Shown one piece after another: positions 1-6,552 of a stretch of 46,628 bases of DNA. The stretch is taken from the IMG/VR virus record IMGVR_UViG_3300012922_000002. One strand, written 5' to 3'. The position numbers were made by a program, and so were the translations under genes. Source of the DNA: a virus. The notes under the pieces are model-generated. The model was not told the origin of the DNA. It searched no databases and worked only from the letters and a program-made list of their open reading frames with translations. Each line of letters begins with the position of its first letter. Position 1 is the stretch's first letter.

Positions 1-123
1 GATCCCTGCTCCGGTTCAGGCTCGTCAGGTCACGGAGAAGACCATCACCCGCGATCGCCCGCTTGGTCCGGGTTACTTCCAGTTCGGCGAGACTGTGGCC
101 AAGGTCCAGATCTCCAAGTCATC
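1..123. repeat. Terminal direct repeat, copy 1 (identical to 46506..46628)
   Basis: Compared base by base: the first 123 nt equal the last 123 nt. This implies a circularly closed or terminally redundant genome with a unit length of 46505 bp. Confidence 0.95.
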
Positions 124-340
124 GGGTCGTCCATACGCGAAGGTTCTGGATCTGGTCAGTGGCTCGTTCGAGTACGCTCCGGGTGTTATGACCAGGCTAT
201 TCGAGTCCGACCGGCTCACGATCGAGGTAGCGGCCAAGATGGGGCGTCAGACCGGGCGGTGCATGATCTGCGCACGTGAGCTGACTAACACAGACTCAAT
301 CGAGCGTGGTATCGGTCCGATCTGCGCTGGCAAGCTTTAG
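2..340 (+). CDS. 3' part of DUF6011-like Cys-motif protein (full gene is 46348..46628 joined to 124..340, about 165 aa)
   Basis: The reading frame runs unbroken from ATG 46348 across the repeat. The C-terminal GRCMICARELTNTDSIERGIGPICAGK motif is typical of this actinophage family. Confidence 0.7.
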   Translation: MPAPVQARQVTEKTITRDRPLGPGYFQFGETVAKVQISKSSGRPYAKVLDLVSGSFEYAPGVMTRLFESDRLTIEVAAKMGRQTGRCMICARELTNTDSIERGIGPICAGKL

Positions 341-385
341 ACCGACCGTAAGGTCGGGCGTCTGTCAGCTTTGCTGACAGCCTAG
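338..385 (+). repeat. 48-nt twin-hairpin element, copy A
   Basis: TAGACCGACCGTAAGGTCGGGCGTCTGTCAGCTTTGCTGACAGCCTAG. Hairpins are CCGACC-GTAA-GGTCGG and TGTCAGC-TTT-GCTGACA. Near-identical copy at 17877..17923. Starts on the TAG stop of the upstream gene. Confidence 0.85.
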
Positions 386-440
386 TCCGTTCGGGTGACC
401 TGGGATTGACTGCCCCCGCCCCGGATGCTAAGCTTCTCGT

Positions 441-605
441 ATGAACGAGACCTTCACCGCCCGCTTGACCAGCCGAGACAACAACCACGAACAGACGTGG
501 ACCGGGCTGTCCACTGAGCTCCGAGACTTTCTCGCTGGGCAGCACCATGACCGTACCGCTTCCGGTACCACAGACACCACCCTGACTTTCGAACTGGAGA
601 ACTGA
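441..605 (+). CDS. hypothetical small protein (54 aa)
   Basis: ATG ORF below the track threshold. Its TGA overlaps the ATG of the next gene (TGATG). Weak RBS. Confidence 0.4.
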   Translation: MNETFTARLTSRDNNHEQTWTGLSTELRDFLAGQHHDRTASGTTDTTLTFELEN

Positions 606-1012
606 TGTTCCAGAACAACGATGTCGTCAAGTTCAAAACTGGCAAGGTGCTCTACGAAGTCAACCACCTCGGTGGTGAGCTTGTCCTGACCTCGCTCGAA
701 ACGAACAAAAACCGGTACAACGTAGACGAAACGAAGCTTGTCTTGGTGCGATCGGCTGAGGCTGACAACCACGTGACTGGGAACTTCGGTCCGGTTCCGG
801 AGCCTCTCACGCTTGAGGAGATGGCTGCCCAGACTGAGGCTGAGGTGTACAAGCGGGATGGCCGTCAGGGCTCGTACGGACGCCGTATCCTGATGGCCCT
901 ACAGACCAAGGCTCACGTGTTTGAGGGGCTTAGGGACGCTGTCAAGCCTCGGCATGCCAAGCGCCGTGCGAAGAGCCGTGTTGCCAAGCAAAGCCGTAAG
1001 GCGAATCGGTGA
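605..1012 (+). CDS. hypothetical protein with Lys/Arg-rich C-terminus (135 aa)
   Basis: ORF track. Coupled to its neighbours by overlapping start/stop codons. Confidence 0.75.
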   Translation: MFQNNDVVKFKTGKVLYEVNHLGGELVLTSLETNKNRYNVDETKLVLVRSAEADNHVTGNFGPVPEPLTLEEMAAQTEAEVYKRDGRQGSYGRRILMALQTKAHVFEGLRDAVKPRHAKRRAKSRVAKQSRKANR

Positions 1013-1188
1013 CTGACCCGTGCCAGTCGGTGCTGTGCTCACGAGTCGATGGCATATGCCGAGGGTCGCACTGCGCTAGGTGTGGCAAGCCTAGTAGTAT
1101 GTACGGGCACTGGACCTCGTGGTGTACCACTACTCACCAGCGGGAGGAACATCACTTCTGTTGCCCGCACGATTGTGATCGCGGATGA
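1009..1188 (+). CDS. Cys/His-rich small protein (59 aa), putative zinc-binding
   Basis: GTG start in a GTGA overlap with the upstream stop. Translated by hand: VTDPCQSVLCSRVDGICRGSHCARCGKPSSMYGHWTSWCTTTHQREEHHFCCPHDCDRG (10 Cys, 7 His). One residue below the ORF-track cutoff. Confidence 0.6.
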   Translation: MTDPCQSVLCSRVDGICRGSHCARCGKPSSMYGHWTSWCTTTHQREEHHFCCPHDCDRG

Positions 1189-1364
1189 GTGATGGTAAGA
1201 TTCCCGCTCAGGAGGTCTGCAAGTGCGGACATTCGTGGAGAGCACATCACAATACCAACGGACAATGTACAGCGGCTAGGTATACTTGTAATTGCCTAGG
1301 GTTCCGTTGGTCTGGAAATAAAACCCTGGATTTCAAAAAGTTCAAGAAAAAGTATAAAAAATGA
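1185..1364 (+). CDS. Cys/His-rich small protein (59 aa) with Lys-rich tail
   Basis: ATGA overlaps at both ends. MSDGKIPAQEVCKCGHSWRAHHNTNGQCTAARYTCNCLGFRWSGNKTLDFKKFKKKYKK. Confidence 0.6.
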   Translation: MSDGKIPAQEVCKCGHSWRAHHNTNGQCTAARYTCNCLGFRWSGNKTLDFKKFKKKYKK

Positions 1365-1642
1365 CCGAGAGCGGAGCGAGTGGACAAATGACCCGGTATG
1401 TAGCGATTAGTACGCCATGGGACGTGAGCGATCTACCGTTCGCTGACTCGCAAGTTTATCGTGAGCACGAAACCGACGTGGTTCAGACGCTGACCGAGGC
1501 TGGTAAGTGGACTCCAGCTATTCGTGCCGAGAACGAACACAACCTTCAGGACTTGATCGACTTTTATGTTGATCCCACCGAGGACCACCCTTGGAAGGTG
1601 CGAGATCTCGTCTCGGAAGAGATTGCAGGGCTGCCGGAATGA
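1361..1642 (+). CDS. hypothetical acidic protein (93 aa)
   Basis: ORF track. ATGA overlap with the upstream gene. Confidence 0.75.
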   Translation: MTESGASGQMTRYVAISTPWDVSDLPFADSQVYREHETDVVQTLTEAGKWTPAIRAENEHNLQDLIDFYVDPTEDHPWKVRDLVSEEIAGLPE

Positions 1643-1667
1643 CGACCGGGAACGGAGTGAGTAGGCG

Positions 1668-1850
1668 ATGAATTACTACCAGTACGCTCAGTCTATGCAC
1701 TTTCCGCAGATGTTCTTCCGATTCACAGACACTACAGTCGAGTCGTACGCGACTGATGATGATGCGGGTTGGATGAAATCAGAAATGTCGATTGGCAATC
1801 AATTCCTGGACTGGATCGATAAGTCCAAGCTCCCTAAGGATGCGAAATGA
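1668..1850 (+). CDS. hypothetical protein (60 aa)
   Basis: ORF track. GGAG-type RBS upstream. Confidence 0.65.
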   Translation: MNYYQYAQSMHFPQMFFRFTDTTVESYATDDDAGWMKSEMSIGNQFLDWIDKSKLPKDAK

Positions 1851-1939
1851 CCAGCGGCGACATCGTGACCACGATTTGTGTCCTGGGGTTCTTAGCTTTT
1901 ATTTGTGTTATCGTATGGGTCGAGAAAGATAACCGATGA
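1847..1939 (+). CDS. 30-aa single-pass membrane mini-protein
   Basis: ATGA overlap. MTSGDIVTTICVLGFLAFICVIVWVEKDNR (hydrophobic core, charged tail). Confidence 0.5.
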   Translation: MTSGDIVTTICVLGFLAFICVIVWVEKDNR

Positions 1940-2028
1940 ATGGTATCGCTGGCGTTTTGATTGCTCTTATCCCTTGTTTGTCTATAGCCGCTCTGCTCGC
2001 GATTGTTGTTTGGAAGGATAGGAAATAA
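1936..2028 (+). CDS. 30-aa single-pass membrane mini-protein
   Basis: ATGA overlap upstream and TAATG overlap downstream. MNGIAGVLIALIPCLSIAALLAIVVWKDRK. Confidence 0.5.
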   Translation: MNGIAGVLIALIPCLSIAALLAIVVWKDRK

Positions 2029-2474
2029 TGGGTATTATTGTTAATTCGGAGCTTCGAGGGGCTGCACTAGCCCAGGCTACGGCAGAATACATCACCGCCC
2101 ACCCCGAAGAGTGGGATCAGGGCACCTGGGGCAACAAAGACCCTGAGTGTGGCACCATCGCTTGCTTCGGGGGTACCGCCTGTTTCATCGCAGGCGAGGC
2201 CGAGTGGTATGAGGACTCGGATGGTTCGGGGTACGGCCACCTCAACTCTGCCAACGGGCGAACTGACATGGACTTCACCAGGGTTGCTCAGACCCTTCTG
2301 GGTCTGGGTGACCACGTTAGCAACGGTTTGTTCTTTGGTAACTGGGAATTCAACCGGACTAAAACCGGAAATATCGACAACACTCCAATTCGGGATAAGG
2401 TCCGGAACATGTGGGCTAAGATGGTTGAATTGTACGGTGACAAGATCACAGTTCCTGAGGAGTATCAGCGGTGA
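2028..2474 (+). CDS. hypothetical protein (148 aa)
   Basis: ORF track. The CGTIACFGGTACFIAG motif loosely resembles CCLGVAGDLLVKAG in 15703..16077 (possible distant paralogue). Confidence 0.8.
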   Translation: MGIIVNSELRGAALAQATAEYITAHPEEWDQGTWGNKDPECGTIACFGGTACFIAGEAEWYEDSDGSGYGHLNSANGRTDMDFTRVAQTLLGLGDHVSNGLFFGNWEFNRTKTGNIDNTPIRDKVRNMWAKMVELYGDKITVPEEYQR

Positions 2475-3250
2475 CGACAACTCACGTCTTGGTTGGCAGC
2501 AGCGCGGCTAAGTTTCACTTCCCGTCATGGCGTGAGCCAAAGGACAAAGATGTCTTCACCCCGATGACAGACCCGAGGGAAGATGCGTTTTGGCACCCAT
2601 CGCTGGCTCTGTACTGGCCGGAGGGTCGTTGGATCGCTACCCCGGACGAGCTGTACACTATCAAGCTCTCGCACTCGTACTGGGAGCTTGAGAACGGTTC
2701 TTGGCTGAAGCACATCACCGATGCTATGCTGCTGAAGCGTGAGGGTGCTTCGCTGATTCCGAAACTTCACGGATTGCTGTACTTGATCTGGGAAGAGAAG
2801 CACGGAGTCAAGAAAGTCGATTTAGACATGGATAAAGCATCATTCTTCGACGATGCGGTTCCGCGTAAGTATGATCACGACTCGGTGCATTATTCGGTAG
2901 CATACGGCAATGCCCCAATGTACGAAAAGGTTTTGAGGAGCGGTGCTGAGGTTGGCGTCTCTATGGCTAAGATCAAAGCGCTGCCGTTCGAGGATTGTGT
3001 CAAGTTGTTCCGAGAAGAGATTTACGCTACCGCGCTAGAACGTAAGATGATCCCCTCAGACTACCGAGGTAGCCCGGGAGCAGCGTATCAGTGGGCGCTA
3101 AGGCGTACGATCACTAGCCTCACCAAAGGCTGGTCTGCTACGTTTATAGCGGATAACTACGAACTATTCCGCAAGCCTGATATCGATTACGTCCAGCACC
3201 ATCGATCAAAGTCGGATCAGTTGATTCCGTATGAGAGGAAAAACAAATGA
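2471..3250 (+). CDS. hypothetical protein, possible minimal nucleotidyltransferase fold (259 aa)
   Basis: GTGA overlap start. The N-terminal VGSSAAKF...KDKDVF fits the G[SG]-x(10-16)-DxD pattern of NTase-fold enzymes. Inference only. Confidence 0.75.
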   Translation: MTTTHVLVGSSAAKFHFPSWREPKDKDVFTPMTDPREDAFWHPSLALYWPEGRWIATPDELYTIKLSHSYWELENGSWLKHITDAMLLKREGASLIPKLHGLLYLIWEEKHGVKKVDLDMDKASFFDDAVPRKYDHDSVHYSVAYGNAPMYEKVLRSGAEVGVSMAKIKALPFEDCVKLFREEIYATALERKMIPSDYRGSPGAAYQWALRRTITSLTKGWSATFIADNYELFRKPDIDYVQHHRSKSDQLIPYERKNK

Positions 3251-3624
3251 CATACACCGGCGCCCAGATCCAGCAGGCCTTGGAGAACCATACCTGGGAG
3301 TTTGAGACCTGTGCTTATGACTTGAACTATCGCGTGATCCCGGGCAAGACTGAGACACACACTGCTGAGTTCGAGTGGTACGAGGCTGAGGATAGCGTGG
3401 GGACTACGTACAACGTGCTCGGCGGAGTTGAGATTGTCGACTCTGATCCCGGGGGCGAAGGCCACGGCGAGTATATCTACGTCGTTGTTCGGACTGTGGA
3501 TACTAACCAGTACTTCCGTATCGACGGATATTACGCGTCCTACGGGGACGGCTCTCAGTATGATGGGGACATGTACGAGGTTCGTCCGTTTGAGCGGACT
3601 ATCACAGATTGGGCAAAGGTCTGA
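3247..3624 (+). CDS. hypothetical protein (125 aa), paralogue of the next gene
   Basis: ATGA overlap. The C-terminal YFRIDGYYASYGDG..YEVRP aligns with FFKISGVFNSYGDY..VQVEP of 3624..3989. Confidence 0.8.
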   Translation: MTYTGAQIQQALENHTWEFETCAYDLNYRVIPGKTETHTAEFEWYEAEDSVGTTYNVLGGVEIVDSDPGGEGHGEYIYVVVRTVDTNQYFRIDGYYASYGDGSQYDGDMYEVRPFERTITDWAKV

Positions 3625-3989
3625 TGTTTGTTGAACTAGACGCAGCGATTGCGGAGGCGATTCTCCGAAAGATCCGACGTGAGCAGGATGCTTATAACGA
3701 GGATTGGGCTTGGTGGCGGAACGACGCTATTCCCAACTCTGCGTACGAGGTGTCGGCTAAGATCACGGTGTCTGTGATCGATCGGGGCACTAAGTATTCC
3801 GAGAATTCGTATGGAGACCAGGAGCCGGTGAGCACACTTGTGTTCCAGTTCACCGAGACCGGTACACTAGACTCTGTGTTTTTCAAGATCTCGGGTGTTT
3901 TCAATTCGTACGGTGACTACGACTCGTACGGCCAGCTTGTTCAGGTCGAGCCTACTACGCGTACCGTAGTTGTGTACGACTTCATCTAG
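3624..3989 (+). CDS. hypothetical protein (121 aa), paralogue of the previous gene
   Basis: ATG in a TGATG overlap (the ORF track begins at TTG 3609). Confidence 0.75.
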   Translation: MFVELDAAIAEAILRKIRREQDAYNEDWAWWRNDAIPNSAYEVSAKITVSVIDRGTKYSENSYGDQEPVSTLVFQFTETGTLDSVFFKISGVFNSYGDYDSYGQLVQVEPTTRTVVVYDFI

Positions 3990-4004
3990 GTCAGCATCAT
4001 CCGG

Positions 4005-4028
4005 CCCCGGACGTTACGGCGTTCGGGG
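4005..4028 (+). terminator. stem-loop downstream of 3624..3989 (weak terminator or RNA-stability hairpin)
   Basis: CCCCGGACGT-TACG-GCGTTCGGGG gives a 10-bp stem with two G-U pairs. Only a short T-containing tail follows. Confidence 0.35.
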
Positions 4029-4055
4029 TACGGGTCTATTCACAGGAGAAAGATC

Positions 4056-4220
4056 ATGGAAATTCGAGTCTCCCCGGATGGAGATCAGATCGCGTACAAA
4101 TGGCTTACTGCGTGGTGGGCTGTCAAGCCCAAGCGTGTAGCTCCGTTCCGAGTCACCGAAGAACAAATCAAGAATTGGAAGTATGTTATGGTCATCGAGA
4201 ACGACCGGCTGAACCGATGA
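4056..4220 (+). CDS. hypothetical small protein (54 aa)
   Basis: AGGAGA RBS 6 nt upstream of the ATG. ATGA overlap with the MazG-like gene. Confidence 0.6.
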   Translation: MEIRVSPDGDQIAYKWLTAWWAVKPKRVAPFRVTEEQIKNWKYVMVIENDRLNR

Positions 4221-4597
4221 CCGAGTCTGAAGCGACCCGAATGGTAATCGAGTTTCACCGAGTGTTTAATATCGTTATTAATGGAGACGACACGCGAGAA
4301 CTTCGATCTTTGCGCGCGGATCTGGCTTACGAAGAATCTGAAGAAGTCTACGAAGCACTAGTTAACAATTCCCGATTGGAACATGTCGCCAAAGAACTCG
4401 CGGACGTGGTGTACGTCGCATTCGGGGCGGCGGTGTCGCTGGGTATTGACTTGGACGAAGCACTGCGTAGGGTGCACGCTTCGAATATGTCTAAGCGTAA
4501 TCCGGATGGAACCGTGTCATACCGGGAGGATGGAAAAGTGCTCAAACCAGATACGTACCGCGTACCGGATCTTACGGGGGTTGTGTACAGTGATTAA
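4217..4597 (+). CDS. mazG: MazG-like nucleoside triphosphate pyrophosphohydrolase (126 aa)
   Basis: The EFHRVF...EESEEVYEAL...ELADVVYVAFG pattern is typical of the all-alpha MazG family. Start placed at the ATGA overlap, not at the track start 4100. Confidence 0.8.
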   Translation: MTESEATRMVIEFHRVFNIVINGDDTRELRSLRADLAYEESEEVYEALVNNSRLEHVAKELADVVYVAFGAAVSLGIDLDEALRRVHASNMSKRNPDGTVSYREDGKVLKPDTYRVPDLTGVVYSD

Positions 4598-4781
4598 CTG
4601 GGTGTGTAGCGATTATTTCGAACTACTAAACGAGTTTGGGAGTGGGCTAGCAGTAGCTCGGTTGAGTCCCGGGACTGACGACGCGGTTATCTACGTGGGG
4701 GATTCGCAGGTTCGGATTACCACTGAGCACCTTGGACAGTTCGCTGAGGCTTTGACTAAGTTGTACGGGGAGCGGGAGTAA
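4590..4781 (+). CDS. hypothetical protein (63 aa)
   Basis: GTG start overlapping the MazG stop by 8 nt. C-terminal part of track ORF 4383..4781. Confidence 0.55.
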   Translation: MINWVCSDYFELLNEFGSGLAVARLSPGTDDAVIYVGDSQVRITTEHLGQFAEALTKLYGERE

Positions 4782-4966
4782 TGGCGGGACCACAAGGATG
4801 CGAGTCTGTTTCTCGGTGGGATCAATGCGGCGTTATCGAAACTAAAACTTGCGCACGGCCCACCGGTCATCCTGGGGAACATATGTCGAAGCTTGTCAGC
4901 GAGTGGGATACACGTCGTTGGTTCGACGACGAAGCGGCGTACAGTGTCGGGGGTTCTGATGACTAA
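4781..4966 (+). CDS. hypothetical protein (61 aa)
   Basis: TAATG overlap. GGGAG RBS. Confidence 0.6.
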   Translation: MAGPQGCESVSRWDQCGVIETKTCARPTGHPGEHMSKLVSEWDTRRWFDDEAAYSVGGSDD

Positions 4967-5381
4967 GCTACCGCACGGCAGGTTGTGGGAGCTAGAGTGC
5001 GCTAGCAAGGGCCTAGACCCTCTCACAGCAACCGCTGACGATGTTCTGGGTGCTTACACCAGGTTCGCTATGTGGGACGCGAACGGGCGTCTGATCCTCT
5101 CAGCGACCAACCGTGTCGGTGAGGACTCTTGCTGGTCTGCTGACACTGGGCTTACCGGCGAGTACTACAACATCGAAGACTTCATGGACGGAGTCCAGGA
5201 CGTTGCTGGGCTGACTTATGATGAGCGTATGCTGGTAGAGTCGATCGTAGATGGCGGACCCATCCCGGGTACGGGACAGTATACGATCACATACGCTAGG
5301 CGATTCAGGCGATCGCCAACAACGATTAGGAAGATATGGCAGCGTGCCAAGAAAAAGCTTTTGGATAGGTGGGCAGCATGA
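4959..5381 (+). CDS. putative DNA-binding protein with C-terminal sigma-70 region 4/LuxR-like HTH (140 aa)
   Basis: ATG with a GGGGG RBS. The C-terminal RRFRRSPTTIRKIWQRAKKKLLDRW resembles region-4-type HTHs. Confidence 0.65.
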   Translation: MTKLPHGRLWELECASKGLDPLTATADDVLGAYTRFAMWDANGRLILSATNRVGEDSCWSADTGLTGEYYNIEDFMDGVQDVAGLTYDERMLVESIVDGGPIPGTGQYTITYARRFRRSPTTIRKIWQRAKKKLLDRWAA

Positions 5382-5791
5382 CGATCGGAGTGTGCCGGAA
5401 CGGGCACAAGCGAACAGCTAAGAACACTCGTATCTCGGCAGCGGGCGAGGTCAGATGCATTATCTGCCAGACCGCTAACAATCAACGCAGTCGAGCTAAA
5501 AAGTCTGTTCTCAGCAAACAGTACTCAGTTCCAGACGGATGGGAGGACGAGTTTGGACCAGCCCCAGAACGAGCGGGTAACAGCACGTGGTATGATGAAG
5601 TGATTGTTCACCGTGCACTGAACGGATACTCAACCGGCCGAAGGCCGTTTCCGCTAGAAGCTCAAGCTATCCTAGCAGGGATGAACAGCTCTCACGACGG
5701 AGAGTCTGTCAGCGAACTGTGTGGGCTACAACGTACAGCTGTAGCTCGCTGGATTCAGAGATGGGGCAAGCCTAGTGAGCGAGCATCGTAG
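5378..5791 (+). CDS. putative DNA-binding protein: N-terminal Cys/His zinc ribbon plus C-terminal HTH (137 aa)
   Basis: ATGA overlap. CRNGHKRT...RCIICQ at the N-terminus and SELCGLQRTAVARWIQRWG at the C-terminus. Confidence 0.65.
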   Translation: MTIGVCRNGHKRTAKNTRISAAGEVRCIICQTANNQRSRAKKSVLSKQYSVPDGWEDEFGPAPERAGNSTWYDEVIVHRALNGYSTGRRPFPLEAQAILAGMNSSHDGESVSELCGLQRTAVARWIQRWGKPSERAS

Positions 5792-6548
5792 CTTTAGCCA
5801 GCTATCGAGTTACAAATGTCCCTACCGCTACTATTTAGAACGTGTAGAAAAGGTCTGGCAGAAGCCAGCCGCTTGGTTGGGAATGGGAACTGCTGTCCAC
5901 TACGCGTGCGAGCAATGGGAGTTGTCCGAGCGCAAAGCTCCGGATGTTGTTATCAAAGCGTGGTTCCAAGAATCCTACTGGGAAGCTACGAACAAGTACT
6001 TAGAAGAAACACCGAACACAGCGCATTGGGAAGCTAGCGGACCGTACAAAGGTCCGGAGGATATTGCCCGTAGGTTTGAAGTTGGACAAGAACATGTTAT
6101 CCGGTACGCCGAATACTATCGGAAACACCGCACGGAACTTCCTTGGGTCACTCCAGATGGAACGCCTGCTATTGAACTCCCGTTTGACTTTGAGCTTGGT
6201 GGCGTACCTATCAGAGGGTTTATTGACGCTGTTATCAATGTCGACGGGGAACTTATAGTCCGGGATACCAAATCGGGTCGTCAACCCGGCGATGACCAAC
6301 AGCTCAAGATTTACGCCTTGGCTATCGAAGCTATGGGTGGGCCCGAGATCGCTCTCGGCGATTATTTTATGACTCGTACCGGCAAGCCTACGTTCCCGTA
6401 TGATTTACTCCAAGTAACAAAAGAAGAGATGACCAATCGATTTGTTCAACTGGATCTGTCGATCAAAGCGGGAGAATTCCCGCCTAACCCAGGCGATGAA
6501 TGTGCTAGGTGTTCTGTGAAACTATCCTGCGAATATCGAGTGGGGTGA
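5775..6548 (+). CDS. Cas4-family / RecB-like PD-(D/E)XK exonuclease (257 aa)
   Basis: N-terminal Cys (YKCPYRYY), IDAV...VRDTKSG...QQLKIYALA nuclease core, and a C-terminal CARCSVKLSC cluster. This is the four-Cys Cas4 pattern. Confidence 0.85.
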   Translation: MSEHRSFSQLSSYKCPYRYYLERVEKVWQKPAAWLGMGTAVHYACEQWELSERKAPDVVIKAWFQESYWEATNKYLEETPNTAHWEASGPYKGPEDIARRFEVGQEHVIRYAEYYRKHRTELPWVTPDGTPAIELPFDFELGGVPIRGFIDAVINVDGELIVRDTKSGRQPGDDQQLKIYALAIEAMGGPEIALGDYFMTRTGKPTFPYDLLQVTKEEMTNRFVQLDLSIKAGEFPPNPGDECARCSVKLSCEYRVG

Positions 6549-6552
6549 ATAC

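Noticed and set aside
285-548. Minus-strand ORFs 285..548 and 17778..18086 sharing the peptide LSAKLTDARP.
   Set aside because: The shared peptide is simply the translation of the twin-hairpin repeat. Both ORFs are antisense shadows without RBS.
4100-4216. N-terminal extension of the MazG ORF as given in the track (start 4100).
   Set aside because: The extension overlaps a better small gene (4056..4220, strong RBS). The MazG domain begins at the ATGA-coupled ATG at 4217.
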